Shown piece by piece: positions 38,274-48,859 of a stretch of DNA of 64,000 nucleotides (positions are counted from its first letter, which is position 1; every line of letters begins with the position of its first letter). The stretch is taken from positions 1,120,001 to 1,184,000 of the forward strand of contig OZ242296.1 of assembly GCA_965207735.1 (NCBI GenBank), given 5' to 3'. The notes beneath the pieces are model-generated. The model saw only the letters and a list, made by a program, of their open reading frames with translations. It was not told the DNA's origin and searched no databases. Made by a program: the position numbers and the translations under genes. Source of the stretch: Candidatus Versatilivorator sp. GTDB lineage: Bacteria; Acidobacteriota; Terriglobia; Versatilivoradales; Versatilivoraceae.

Positions 38274-41200
38274 AACTCTTCAATCCTCATCCATTGCACC
38301 GCACACCCCAGAGTTCGATTATCGGAGGACACCCCGGCTGAACTAGGGTTCCAAATGGGATGCACCCGCATGCGAATCGTCGGCACTTTCCAGTCAAGTG
38401 CTTTGCCTGAAATGGAGAACGTGTAATTCCGGAATTGGTCTCGTACTCCGATCAATTCTAGAGTGTTCAGTTTCACGTCATTGATCCAAACCGTGAGGAA
38501 TTGTCGGAATCGGGGATCCGGATTCGACTTGACCGCCCGGATTACAAGCCGATAGTCATTACCTGGATCCAGCGACACCGGCCAAACCAAGCTTGGGTCA
38601 ACGCCCGACCAAGAATACCCGGCAGCCTCCGCCGGATAGAAATTAGTCCGTTCTATTTTCCGGCTCTCGGCACCGAACTCCACCTGATACGCACGGGCCC
38701 CACCTAACGGAACCGCCGATTGTAGCCTGATGCTATCCAGCATAAAACCCAGGTTGCGTGAATCCCCGCCAATTCCAAGGGCCGATGGGTTAAAGGTCTG
38801 CGATCGAAACTCCACCAGATTTCTCTGCCCTTGAGCTAACTGGGCACGGTTGATCAGGATGTTGTAGTCGCTGAATCCCGGGGACAACCGTAAGGGTCCC
38901 AAATCATGACCGTTCAGGCCGACTCTGATCGGAGATTCGGTTGCTGCACCGATGTCCGGGCGAGCCAGCCGTGCGATCAGAACCGCCGGGTAAGTGGCAT
39001 CGATTTCGGGCATCTCTACCGAAGCATCCCCCCGGCTCCATCGGAAAGTATTGCCGCCTGCCCCAAGTTCCGGTTGATAAAACCCCTTGGACGCATAGCC
39101 GAAGCTGGAGTGTCGATTAAGGGCATGGTAGGGCAAGGAGCCCTCCTGTCCCCGAGGTTTGACCTCGTAGAGCTGAAGACTATAGTGCACTTCTTGCAAT
39201 TTCTCCGGTAGGCGCTCATAGGTCCTTTCCACCAGTCGACTAGTGAAATGAAATCGCTCGTTGTGCTCGAAAATGTACTTGGAACTCTCCAGGGAGGTCC
39301 ACTCGTCGCAGGAAATGAGGAAGACTCTCTTCTTTTCGGCCAGAAATTCCCCGACCACCCGCTCAAACGAGACAGGATCCGGCTTATTGTGGGCAAGAGA
39401 AAATACCGACTGCCCGAACAGGGTTCTCAGCGGACCGAGGAAAAACGGCTGAGCTCGGCCGTACTCGAATAGGATCACATCCGCTTCTGCCGTCCGGCTG
39501 GCCAGTAATGCCATCTGCGCCCAGCTCCCTCCGAGCTCCGCTTGGCGGAAAAAGGGCCAGGCCGCTACCGTTTGCGTGGCAATCATGGCCATTAGCAAGC
39601 CCACTCCGCAAACCCGAAGCAGTAATCGGCGAGAGGCGGAACGAGCCAATACCCACGGGTGAGTGAAACTGAATCGATGCAAGCGCTGGATCACCAGGCC
39701 CGCCAGGATGAGTAACGCCGGAATCGCGATCTCGGCGTAACGGCGGATGACCCAGTAGTTGTCGGGATAGGCGCGAGACTTGTAGCCGTAGAACAGCAGG
39801 AAGGCAGCCAGCAACAGCAAGAAGGGCAAGGGGCGAACCTGTCCTTTCAATACGATCTGCCGCAGTGCCAGGATAAACCCAAGACATCCCAGGCCAAGAC
39901 CCAGGGGAGTGAGATACCAGCCCAGTCGAACCAGATTCAACTCATCGTAATAGGGAATGGTTCCCTGATGGGGGGGCGAAAGCGGCAGCAGGTCGGCACC
40001 CGAAGCCATCATGGGGCGGAGAAAATATCCATAGGCAAACGCGACAATCACCAATCCAGAGAGGCTCACAAAAGCAACCCGGCGTCGGATCGCGGGGTCT
40101 TCCAGCAAGCTGGATTTGGGAAACCATCGCTCCCAACAGATTCTAAAAAAGCCGATCAGTCGCTTGGAAGACCACGCCACGGCCATCGCCGACAAGGCTA
40201 GCGCAACCAGCCAACCCCATTGGCGTTCAAGGAAGGAAGGCACGCCCTGGTTGTGCAAAATGGCCAGCACATAGGGATAGGCAAAGAGGGCGATGTGGGC
40301 TAGGGAATAAGCGAGACCGATGGCCAAACCTGCCGCGACTTGTCGGACCGGCAAGCCGACCCGCCACTTGGGCACCAACCACACCAGAAACAGGAACAAC
40401 GACACTGCCAGAATCGCCAGCACGGAGTCAATTCGTACCATCAGGCTCAATCCGAACACCAATCCCGACAGAAAGCCCAGACCACCCTGACGGCGGGAGA
40501 GGGTCAGGGTCAGCATCCAGACCCCGGCCAGCAGCAGGACCTGGGCCAAGGTCTCGCTGAAGGGGCTTCGCACCAACCATATCTGACCCAGGTTCAGGCA
40601 AAGTAAGGTGGAGGCCATCAACCCGATTGTCCTGGACCGAAAAATCTCAACGGCCAGTGCAACCAACAGCACGAGGCTCAGCAAACCCAGGATGACATTG
40701 AAACCGAACAGTCCGTCGAACCTCCAGAGTTTGAATGCCAGGGACAGCCAGAGCGGAAACAGGTGTAGATACTGCGGCAACATTTCCCCGGTCTCCGCAT
40801 CCAGCAGCGAAAAACCCGGCACGGCTTCCAGGTAAAGCGCATTTTCAAGAAGGACCGGCAGGAACAGTTTCTGCCGGTCCTTATCAAAATCCTGGAAGTC
40901 TGGATCGATAAAACGCAAACCCTGCTCTTGAGCCAAACGTACCGCAATGTTGACATGTTCCCCGGGATCTCTTTGGCTGGCAATATATTCGGCAGTCTTT
41001 CCGAAGGTGAAAAAACCCAGCACCAGGACGCCTGCCAGCCACAGATCACTCCACCCGAGTCGCGGCCACTTCCTGATCGGCAGGCGCCACTGCAAATTCC
41101 CCGACCGCAACAGGAGGCCAAAACAAACCAGGCTGTAGACCGCCAGCAGCAGAAACAAGTAGCGAATTCGACCCACACCCAGTTGCGCGCTCAGAATGAG

Positions 41201-41419
41201 AAAACAGGAGGTCACGATCAATCCGCAGACAGTGCTGAGAAGCACGGGGCCAGTCAGGATCTTGAACAGGGTGACTCGAGTGCCGGACGTTGCACCGGAA
41301 ATGGCGGGGTCGTGAAGCCGGCCAACCGCGAGCCTGTAGGTCAGCCAGCCGCTGACGCCAAACAGACCGGCGAATTGAAGCAGCAGCGAGTAGTCCTTCC
41401 AGCCGGGTACAAAATCCAT
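38270..41419 (-). CDS. Large polytopic membrane protein, probable GT-C glycosyltransferase with extracellular beta domains
   Basis: Many TM helices, DPGEH loop, PFSE, RID; C-terminal repeats ending D.R.LG; glycan-locus context. Confidence 0.7.
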   Translation of the reverse strand: MDFVPGWKDYSLLLQFAGLFGVSGWLTYRLAVGRLHDPAISGATSGTRVTLFKILTGPVLLSTVCGLIVTSCFLILSAQLGVGRIRYLFLLLAVYSLVCFGLLLRSGNLQWRLPIRKWPRLGWSDLWLAGVLVLGFFTFGKTAEYIASQRDPGEHVNIAVRLAQEQGLRFIDPDFQDFDKDRQKLFLPVLLENALYLEAVPGFSLLDAETGEMLPQYLHLFPLWLSLAFKLWRFDGLFGFNVILGLLSLVLLVALAVEIFRSRTIGLMASTLLCLNLGQIWLVRSPFSETLAQVLLLAGVWMLTLTLSRRQGGLGFLSGLVFGLSLMVRIDSVLAILAVSLFLFLVWLVPKWRVGLPVRQVAAGLAIGLAYSLAHIALFAYPYVLAILHNQGVPSFLERQWGWLVALALSAMAVAWSSKRLIGFFRICWERWFPKSSLLEDPAIRRRVAFVSLSGLVIVAFAYGYFLRPMMASGADLLPLSPPHQGTIPYYDELNLVRLGWYLTPLGLGLGCLGFILALRQIVLKGQVRPLPFLLLLAAFLLFYGYKSRAYPDNYWVIRRYAEIAIPALLILAGLVIQRLHRFSFTHPWVLARSASRRLLLRVCGVGLLMAMIATQTVAAWPFFRQAELGGSWAQMALLASRTAEADVILFEYGRAQPFFLGPLRTLFGQSVFSLAHNKPDPVSFERVVGEFLAEKKRVFLISCDEWTSLESSKYIFEHNERFHFTSRLVERTYERLPEKLQEVHYSLQLYEVKPRGQEGSLPYHALNRHSSFGYASKGFYQPELGAGGNTFRWSRGDASVEMPEIDATYPAVLIARLARPDIGAATESPIRVGLNGHDLGPLRLSPGFSDYNILINRAQLAQGQRNLVEFRSQTFNPSALGIGGDSRNLGFMLDSIRLQSAVPLGGARAYQVEFGAESRKIERTNFYPAEAAGYSWSGVDPSLVWPVSLDPGNDYRLVIRAVKSNPDPRFRQFLTVWINDVKLNTLELIGVRDQFRNYTFSISGKALDWKVPTIRMRVHPIWNPSSAGVSSDNRTLGCAVQWMRIEEL

Positions 41420-41457
41420 GGGAGTTCCTGTTGCCGCCCTCGTGTTACCGGGATCGG

Positions 41458-42447
41458 TCAGCCAAATAGGGGATTGCGGTGCCAGTTCAGCGCGGTCGCA
41501 ATGATGTCGTCCAGGCAGCCGTGTTTCGGGGTCCAGGAAAGAACCCTGGAGGCTTCGGAGGCATCTGCCACCAGGGTCGAAGGGTCTCCGGTCCGCCGCG
41601 GGCCTTCCTTGACAGGCACCACCCTGCCCGAAAGCCGTGCGACCGCCGCAACGATCTGTCTCACCGAGTGTCCCCGTCCCGTCCCCAAGTTCAGCGCAAC
41701 ATTCCTGCCGCCTTCCAACAGATAGCGCAGCGCCAACACGTGGGCCTCAGCCAGATCCGAAACGTGGACATAGTCCCGAACCGCCGTACCGTCGGGAGTT
41801 GCGTAGTCCGTCCCGAAAATCTCAAAACGGCTCCGATCCCCCAGGGCAGATGCTACGGCCAGAGGAATCACGTGAGTTTCGGGTCGATGGCTTTCGCCGA
41901 TCTCGCCGTCCGGGTCGGCCCCGGCGGCATTGAAGTACCTCAGGCAGACGTAGCCGATGCCATAGGCCATGCCGAAGTCCCGCAGCATGTGCTCAACGAC
42001 CAGCTTGCTCACCCCGTAGGGCGTGATCGGAACCTTGGCCTGAGTCTCCGGGATCGGAACCTTCCCGGATACTCCGTAAATGGCGCAACTGCTGGAAAAG
42101 ACAATGGACCCTATGCCCCGATCCAGCATTCCCTTCAGAAGGTTCAGGCTTCCCACCAGGTTGTTGTGGTAGTACCTGGCGGGATCGGTCACCGACTCGC
42201 CAACGTCACACAGGTCTGCAAGGTGCATGACCCCGACGGGCCGGTGCTGCTCGATCACTGCTTTCAATCCAGCCTCATCGGTCAGATCAACCCTTTCGAG
42301 CGGTCCCCACTTCACGGCCGATGCATGTCCACGGGAGAGGCAGTCCACCGCTACCGGACTGAATCCCTCGGCTGCCAGCGACTTGCAGACATGACTGCCG
42401 ACATAGCCGGCTCCACCGGTGACCAGAATGGTTTGCCCCAGGACCAC
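41458..42447 (-). CDS. galE: UDP-glucose 4-epimerase
   Basis: TGGAGYVGSH, YGVSK, LRYFNAAGA, DGTAVRDYVHV. Confidence 0.92.
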   Translation of the reverse strand: MVLGQTILVTGGAGYVGSHVCKSLAAEGFSPVAVDCLSRGHASAVKWGPLERVDLTDEAGLKAVIEQHRPVGVMHLADLCDVGESVTDPARYYHNNLVGSLNLLKGMLDRGIGSIVFSSSCAIYGVSGKVPIPETQAKVPITPYGVSKLVVEHMLRDFGMAYGIGYVCLRYFNAAGADPDGEIGESHRPETHVIPLAVASALGDRSRFEIFGTDYATPDGTAVRDYVHVSDLAEAHVLALRYLLEGGRNVALNLGTGRGHSVRQIVAAVARLSGRVVPVKEGPRRTGDPSTLVADASEASRVLSWTPKHGCLDDIIATALNWHRNPLFG

Positions 42448-42726
42448 GCGTTCCTTCCCACGAGGGCCAGATCAACAGCCCGCTTACGGAGCCGCTGCCC
42501 CTGATGGCCCCATTCCGGCTAATTCAATCAGAAAACGCCGATTGCCGCAATTGAGGGAGACGGCTCGCCAACCCGTTGCCTTGCTTGTGAGGACGTTCTA
42601 CAATGCGCCTCGCGCCGATCGTTTGCCTCCTCGGATTTACACCGGCAGCGGGTTCAATGCTGCAGCGATGTTCAACAAGATTATATTCCTTCCCTTGCGG
42701 CCCCTCCGGCATCCCGGCTTCGCGCC

Positions 42727-43491
42727 ATGACATCTGCCACCACGCTTTCTGTCATTGTTCCCGTTTACAATGAACAGTCTCTGGTCCAGGACAGTCTCTC
42801 CCGTTTGCGGGTCTTGGAAGACAGCCCGCTCCTGAGTTCGATCCGGGTGATCGTGGTGGACGACGGTTCCCGGGATCAAACCCCGATGGTTCTGCAACAG
42901 TTTCAGCAATCTCTGGATGGAGAGGACTGGGGAGAAAAATTTATCTGGAAGTTTGTCCGCCACCCAAAGAATTACGGCAAGGGGAGCGCCCTGAGAACAG
43001 GGTTGACCCTTGCAGACAGCGACCTCACCGTCTGCCAGGATGCTGACCTCGAATACCATCCTCAAGATCTTCTCGGCATGGTTCCCTGTTTCCTGAAGGG
43101 AAACGTGGATGCCGTCTTCGGGTCGCGGTTCCACCGTTCAGTGCCACGTCCCAGGGGACTTTCCCCGCATCGGATGGTCAACGGTTTGCTCACCGCGTTT
43201 TCCAACCTGGTCAGCCGACTGAACCTCTCCGATATGGAAACCTGCTACAAGATGGTTCGCACCGACCTTCTCAAGAGCATCCCGCTGGAGAGCACCGATT
43301 TCCGGATCGAACCCGAGCTCACCATCAAATTGGCCAAACGAGGGGCCCGCCTGCTGGAAGTCCCCATCGGATATTCGGGCAGGACCTATCAAGAGGGGAA
43401 AAAGATCGGTTGGACGGATGGCCTCAAAGCCATGCTGGCGATTTTCAAGTTTGCCCTATCGAACCGAATCGACCGCAAAGCCGACCTGTAG
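42727..43491 (+). CDS. GT2 glycosyltransferase (polyprenol-phosphate GT-like)
   Basis: VPVYNE, DDGSRD, QDADLEY, DMETCYK, EGKKIGW.DG. Confidence 0.9.
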   Translation: MTSATTLSVIVPVYNEQSLVQDSLSRLRVLEDSPLLSSIRVIVVDDGSRDQTPMVLQQFQQSLDGEDWGEKFIWKFVRHPKNYGKGSALRTGLTLADSDLTVCQDADLEYHPQDLLGMVPCFLKGNVDAVFGSRFHRSVPRPRGLSPHRMVNGLLTAFSNLVSRLNLSDMETCYKMVRTDLLKSIPLESTDFRIEPELTIKLAKRGARLLEVPIGYSGRTYQEGKKIGWTDGLKAMLAIFKFALSNRIDRKADL

Positions 43492-43521
43492 GCCCGGGTT
43501 TCAGTCTGCAGGCTTCTCGGC

Positions 43522-44919
43522 CTACTCGACCTTGGTAAAAACGATGGCTCCCCGGTGAAGCTTCGCAAAGTTCTCTATCTGCTCTCCGGACTGCAAGACG
43601 CCGCCCGGCAGGAGATAGAGTGTCTGATGGCTCAGATAGACATCGTCGAGGCCTTCGCCCAGCGGATCTGCAGTGCTTGGCGTGGGAACCCGGCGGTAGG
43701 CGATCAGGACTCTGGTGCCAGGGGGGACATCCGCGAATCGCTCGATCCTATGTCCAGACAGAATCTTGCCACCGGGATAGAGGTAGTAGGTGAATGAGGA
43801 GTTGTGAAGGACGTTGGCGATCTTCCAGGGCGACATGCCCTCGCCGACAACAGGAAGCAACACCTCCGCCCGGTCGGCGCTGACCACCTTGTCCTCGTCC
43901 ACTCCCAACTCGACCAGGGTGCCTGAAGGAATGTCGGACCAGTCCTGGATTTCGTGACCGCGCAGCGAGCGACCGTCCGGGAAACGATAGAGCGTCGTGG
44001 CCGCCTTGTATTGGCGCCCGGCGATTTTCCAGGCCGTCCGGCGGGCCGTGATGGTGTTCTTTCTTGAGGGATCAGCCGGCGCCGGTTTCAAGGTGCCGTT
44101 GATTCGGCCTTTTTCAGCCTTCCGGGCTGCTGTCTCCAAGCTGTCCTTGTCCTCCCCTTTTTCATCTTTTCGGGCTGGCAGCGCCGAGCTACCGTTGTCC
44201 TCCCGCTTTACATTTTTCCGGGACGGCCTCGCCGGCGCCTTCGGTGGCGACTTCTGAGCCACTTGGACCGGATCGGGAACAGGGCCGACTCTTCCGGCGA
44301 CCACATCCGGGTCGCGGGAGTAGGCATCGGTCAAGCCAGCCCGTCTACGGTCAAAGTTATCGGCGCCCGGATCTCTCTTCCTGCCGCGTAGCTTCTTCCT
44401 GTGGAACCGATTCGGTTTGGAATAAGCGATCCGGTAGTGTTCCAGGACATCCCGGTCTTTCACCCGATACCGTTTTTGCAGGATTCTCAGCAATTCCTTC
44501 AAAGACCGGTACTGCCGGTCCGTAAAGGGCACGTTATGGTATCCCTCCAGCTCGATCCCGATCGAGTGGTCGCTGAGCCCATTCAGCCCGTTCCACATGC
44601 TCACGCCGGCGTGGTTCGCCCGGTACTTGGGATCCAGGATCCGGTAGACGGTGCCGTTCTTGGCGATGAGGTAGTGGGCGTGCCCACCCCTGCTGACGTA
44701 CCGACGTCGTCGCACCTTGCCGCGGGACAGGGTTCTCAAGGAACTGGGCAGACTGCCTTCGGTGGAGTGAATGATGATATGGCGGGTACTCTTGCGCGAG
44801 CGCTTGGCGAAGCGGGGATTCAGCTTTTTCTGATAGTCAATGATCTTGAGCGCCGCCAGATCGGTGGCGGAAAACCCAAGCAGCGCCGTGGTCAGGGCAA
44901 CGATGAACAATCGACTCAT
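43522..44919 (-). CDS. N-acetylmuramoyl-L-alanine amidase (Amidase_2) with repeated C-terminal modules
   Basis: IIHSTE, AHYLI, HAG, SIGIELEG; signal peptide. Confidence 0.85.
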   Translation of the reverse strand: MSRLFIVALTTALLGFSATDLAALKIIDYQKKLNPRFAKRSRKSTRHIIIHSTEGSLPSSLRTLSRGKVRRRRYVSRGGHAHYLIAKNGTVYRILDPKYRANHAGVSMWNGLNGLSDHSIGIELEGYHNVPFTDRQYRSLKELLRILQKRYRVKDRDVLEHYRIAYSKPNRFHRKKLRGRKRDPGADNFDRRRAGLTDAYSRDPDVVAGRVGPVPDPVQVAQKSPPKAPARPSRKNVKREDNGSSALPARKDEKGEDKDSLETAARKAEKGRINGTLKPAPADPSRKNTITARRTAWKIAGRQYKAATTLYRFPDGRSLRGHEIQDWSDIPSGTLVELGVDEDKVVSADRAEVLLPVVGEGMSPWKIANVLHNSSFTYYLYPGGKILSGHRIERFADVPPGTRVLIAYRRVPTPSTADPLGEGLDDVYLSHQTLYLLPGGVLQSGEQIENFAKLHRGAIVFTKVE

Positions 44920-45122
44920 GGATGCGGGATCTCGAGTTCCACCTCTATCAGGAGTGGGGCGAAGTGATCCCCCCCCTACAACTTGTGGCTATATTCTCCC
45001 CAATCCGTCTGGAAGGCAAGCGAATTCGAGGCACCCGGCGGCTGCCGACAAACTTCGGCCACTGGGTAAGCCCGCAATTATCTCCGGGGCACTGATGGGA
45101 CTTTATGGCTTAAGGAAGGAGT

Positions 45123-45156
45123 GCGGCTTGCCCGGTGGGAAAACCGGGCAAGCCGC
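45123..45156. terminator. Stem-loop downstream of glnA
   Basis: 14-bp perfect stem GCGGCTTGCCCGGT/ACCGGGCAAGCCGC; weak U-tract. Confidence 0.55.
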
Positions 45157-45170
45157 TTCTTCGACCGGAG

Positions 45171-46589
45171 TCAGATGTCGAAGTACAAGGCAAACTCGTG
45201 GGGATGGGGCCGCAGTCGCATGGCGTCGACCTCATGGGTTCGCTTGTAGTCGATCCAGGTTTCGATCACATCCTTGGTGAAGACGTCTCCCTTGAGAAGG
45301 AAGTCATGGTCGTCTTCCAGCGCATCGAGAACATCCTCCAGGCTGCCGGGAGTCGACTTCACGTTGGCGGCTTCTGCCGGGCCCAGGTCATAGAGGTCCT
45401 TGTCAATGGGGTCGGGAGGAGTAATCTTGTTCTGGACCCCGTCCAGGCCTGCCATCAACAGGGCTGCAAAGGCCAGGTACCCGTTGCAGGAGGGATCCGG
45501 GAAACGGGTCTCCACCCGCTTGGCTTTCTCGCTACGGGAATAGGCGGGGATTCTGACCGCGGCGCTGCGGTTGCGCTGGGAATAAATGAGGTTGATGGGC
45601 GCCTCATATCCCGGAACCAGGCGACGGTAGGAATTGGTGGTCGGCGCGCAGAAACCCAGCAGGGCGGGCGTATGCTTGAGAATTCCTCCGATGTAGTAGA
45701 TGGCCGTCTTGCTCAGGTCCGCGTAACCGCCGGGCTCGTAAAAGACATTCTTCCCCGCCTTCCATAGACTGGTGTGGATGTGCATGCCCGACCCGTTGTC
45801 CTGAAAGATCGGCTTGGGCATCAAGGTAACGGTCTTTCCATGCCGGCGCCCCACGTTCTTGATGATGTATTTGTACTTCAGAAACTTGTCCGCCATGCTG
45901 GTCAGGGTGTCGAACCGCATGTCGATTTCGCACTGTCCTGCCGTGCCCACCTCGTGGTGGTGAACCTCCACCTGCACCCCGACTTCTTCCAGCAACAGAA
46001 CCATTTCGCTGCGAATGTCCTGAAGGCTGTCCATGGGAGGAACGGGGAAGTAGCCCTCCTTGTAGCGGGGCTTGTAGCCCAGGTTGGGGTTCTCCTCTTT
46101 TCCGGAATTCCAGAATCCCTCCTTGGAATCCAAGTAGTAGTAGCCGTAGTTATAGGACTGATCGAAACGAATATCGTCCAGAACGAAAAACTCCGGCTCG
46201 GGACCAAAGTAGGCGGTGTCGCCGATCCCCGTCGATTGCAGGTAATTTTCAGCCTTTTGGGCTATGTGGCGCGGGTCTCTGGTATAGGACTGGAGCGTTA
46301 TCGGATCCTTGACATTGCAGATGATGTTGAGGGTCGGGACAGAGGTGAAGGGATCCTTGAATGCCGTGGAGGCGTCCGGGATGAGGATCATGTCGCTCTC
46401 CTGGATCTCCTGGAATCCACGGATGCTCGATCCGTCAAATCCCACGCCCTCCTCGAACATCTCCTCCTCGACCTCCTTGGATGAGATTGAAAAGTGCTGC
46501 CACAGGCCGGGCAAGTCCACAAAACGCAGGTCAACCATCTTGATGCCTTCGTCGTCGACGAACTTCAAGAGCTCTCTAGGGTTCATCAT
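45171..46589 (-). CDS. glnA: Glutamine synthetase type I
   Basis: [38 protein letters not shown] adenylylation site. Confidence 0.97.
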   Translation of the reverse strand: MMNPRELLKFVDDEGIKMVDLRFVDLPGLWQHFSISSKEVEEEMFEEGVGFDGSSIRGFQEIQESDMILIPDASTAFKDPFTSVPTLNIICNVKDPITLQSYTRDPRHIAQKAENYLQSTGIGDTAYFGPEPEFFVLDDIRFDQSYNYGYYYLDSKEGFWNSGKEENPNLGYKPRYKEGYFPVPPMDSLQDIRSEMVLLLEEVGVQVEVHHHEVGTAGQCEIDMRFDTLTSMADKFLKYKYIIKNVGRRHGKTVTLMPKPIFQDNGSGMHIHTSLWKAGKNVFYEPGGYADLSKTAIYYIGGILKHTPALLGFCAPTTNSYRRLVPGYEAPINLIYSQRNRSAAVRIPAYSRSEKAKRVETRFPDPSCNGYLAFAALLMAGLDGVQNKITPPDPIDKDLYDLGPAEAANVKSTPGSLEDVLDALEDDHDFLLKGDVFTKDVIETWIDYKRTHEVDAMRLRPHPHEFALYFDI

Positions 46590-46785
46590 TTACTCCTTAG
46601 CGTTCAGGGGTGAAACGTCGTTGGTTGAACTTTCGGCTGGGGGAGTGGGTGGTGCTGCGGAAGAACACTACGCGACGCTGCGTAGGCCCCAATGAACCTT
46701 CATCATGCGGCTTTGCATGAGCCCGAAAAAACAGAAATCTTAAGCAGAAACGGCCGGGTTGTCAAGAGGCAATGCACCGGCGCGT

Positions 46786-47289
46786 TCAGACCGAGAAGGT
46801 CGCTTTGACATGCTCCGACTTGGTCCGGATCTTGTCGGCCAAAGCCCGCTTGTGCCCGGCCAGGCGGTCGGCCAGCGCGGCATCGGAAGTAGCCAGGATC
46901 TGAGCGGCGAAGATAGCCGCATTGACCGCACCGGACTTTCCCACACCCATGGTGCCGACCGGTACGCCTCCCGGCATCTGAACCGTGGCCAGCAGGGCAT
47001 CGAAGCCGGCCAGCGGGCTGCTGTCCACCGGCACCCCTATCACCGGAAGAACCGTTTCGGCGGCGGTGACTCCCGCCAGGTGAGCAGCCCCTCCCGCGCC
47101 GGCGATAATGCACTTCAGACCCCTTTCTGCGGCGGTTCGGGCATACTCCGAAGCCCTGTCCGGAGAACGATGGGCGGAGCAGATATCGATCTCGAATGGA
47201 ATGCCGAACTCCTTGAGTTGCCTGGCAGCTTCTCCCATGATGTTCAGGTCCGAGTCACTACCCATGATGATGCCGACGACCGGTTCCAT
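46786..47289 (-). CDS. purE: N5-CAIR mutase
   Basis: IIMGSDSD, SAHRSP, AGAGGAAHL, QMPGGVPV. Confidence 0.95.
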   Translation of the reverse strand: MEPVVGIIMGSDSDLNIMGEAARQLKEFGIPFEIDICSAHRSPDRASEYARTAAERGLKCIIAGAGGAAHLAGVTAAETVLPVIGVPVDSSPLAGFDALLATVQMPGGVPVGTMGVGKSGAVNAAIFAAQILATSDAALADRLAGHKRALADKIRTKSEHVKATFSV

Positions 47290-47387
47290 AATGACACCCT
47301 CCAAGTTTGATCCAGGTTTGATTTGTCAACAACAGTGCGTCCACTCACAGGTCCAGGGCCTGACTGCAGGCTGCCGCCAACACCCCA

Positions 47388-48662
47388 CTAATTCAACCCC
47401 TGCCTCCCGATATCGGTCCGAAAATGCAAGGGTTCGAACCGCACCCTATCGAGGGCGCGGTAGACCCGGGCAATCGCGGAAGGGAGATCCCTGTCCTTGG
47501 CAGTGACTCCCAGGACGCGTCCTCCGGCGGTTACCAGCTGTCCGTCCTGCAACCGCGTGCCGGCGTGGAACACCGTGACTTGCCCCACGGCCTCGGCCTC
47601 GCCAACCCCTCGAATCGGCTTGCCGGTCGGGTATTTTCCGGGGTAACCGCCCGAGGCCATCACCACGCAGACACTGGAGGCTGAATCCCACCGCAACCGC
47701 ACCTCATTCAGGTTCCGTCCCTGGATGGCCTGCAGCACCTCCACCAGATCGTTCTCCAGTCGAAACAGAACCGGCTGAGCCTCGGGATCGCCCAAGCGGA
47801 CATTGTACTCCAGCACCTTGATGCCGTCGGGCGTCAGCATCAGGCCGACATAGAGAATCCCCCGGAAGGGGGTTCCCTCGGCCGCCATGCCCCGGATGGT
47901 CGGCCCGACAATGGCTTGAACGACCTCTCTCTGCTCCTCTGAGGAGAGGATTCCATCGGCCGAATAGGCCCCCATGCCGCCGGTGTTCGGACCGCGATCC
48001 TGGTCGAATGCCCTCTTGTGGTCCTGGGAAGGGACCATGGGCAGGAAATGCTCCCCATCGGAGAAAACCAGGAAAGAGGCTTCGCGGCCCTTCAGACACT
48101 CCTCCAGCAGGACTCTCTCCCCGGCCTCGCCAAAGAGGCGCTGGAGCATCATCCTCTCCACCACCGATTCCGCCTGTTGCCGATCCTCGGCAATGACCAC
48201 ACCCTTCCCCGCCGCCAGGCCGTCTGCCTTGATGACCAGCGGAAAGCCGAGTTCGGCCCGGCGAATGGATTCCATGGCATCCTCAAGAGAATCGCAGACC
48301 ACGCAGGCCGCGGTCGGTACCTGGTGCCGCTTCATGAAATCCTTGGCGAAAATCTTGCTCCCCTCCAGACGGGCGGCGGCGGAGCCGGGTCCGATGATGG
48401 AGAGCCCCTGGGACTGGAAGCGATCCACGATGCCCAGGACCAGGGGCTGTTCCGGGCCGACAACGGTAAGATCGATGGAGCGATCGAGAGCGAATCGGGT
48501 CAACCCCGGCAGGTTGTCCGCCGCCAAGGGTACGTTTTCGGCAATGGAAGCCGTCCCACCATTTCCTGGTGCGCAGAAGATCTTGTCAACCCGGGGCGAA
48601 CGACTGATTTTCCAGGCAAGCGCATGCTCGCGCCCACCCGAACCAATGATGAGTACTTTCAT
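47388..48662 (-). CDS. purD: Phosphoribosylamine-glycine ligase
   Basis: GSGGREHA, KADGLAAGKGV, QDHKR, GPNTGGMG, RLGDPE. Confidence 0.97.
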   Translation of the reverse strand: MKVLIIGSGGREHALAWKISRSPRVDKIFCAPGNGGTASIAENVPLAADNLPGLTRFALDRSIDLTVVGPEQPLVLGIVDRFQSQGLSIIGPGSAAARLEGSKIFAKDFMKRHQVPTAACVVCDSLEDAMESIRRAELGFPLVIKADGLAAGKGVVIAEDRQQAESVVERMMLQRLFGEAGERVLLEECLKGREASFLVFSDGEHFLPMVPSQDHKRAFDQDRGPNTGGMGAYSADGILSSEEQREVVQAIVGPTIRGMAAEGTPFRGILYVGLMLTPDGIKVLEYNVRLGDPEAQPVLFRLENDLVEVLQAIQGRNLNEVRLRWDSASSVCVVMASGGYPGKYPTGKPIRGVGEAEAVGQVTVFHAGTRLQDGQLVTAGGRVLGVTAKDRDLPSAIARVYRALDRVRFEPLHFRTDIGRQGLN

Positions 48663-48778
48663 CTTGTTTCAGACAAGTCCCGCCCCCGCCCTAGTGTGCG
48701 GATCATGCATAGAGTGAAACAATCGGAAATCGACCATCCCTTCGCGAACTTGATACCCCGTCGCGGCCAACCTCAGCG

Positions 48779-48820
48779 CCTTCGTGTCCCTTCGTCGTTC
48801 TTCGTGCCCCTTCGTGGATT
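48779..48820. repeat. Short CTTCGT(G) tandem array
   Basis: ccttcgtgtc-ccttcgtcgt-tcttcgtgcc-ccttcgtgga in the larE-purD intergenic region. Confidence 0.5.
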
Positions 48821-48859
48821 TCTTTTTTCTTTTGTCTTTTGTCGGTTGTTTCAGGCAGG

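Noticed and set aside
46786-47289. PurE-like gene near larE as a possible larB
   Set aside because: It has canonical PurE motifs and size, follows purD and lacks the LarB N-terminal region.
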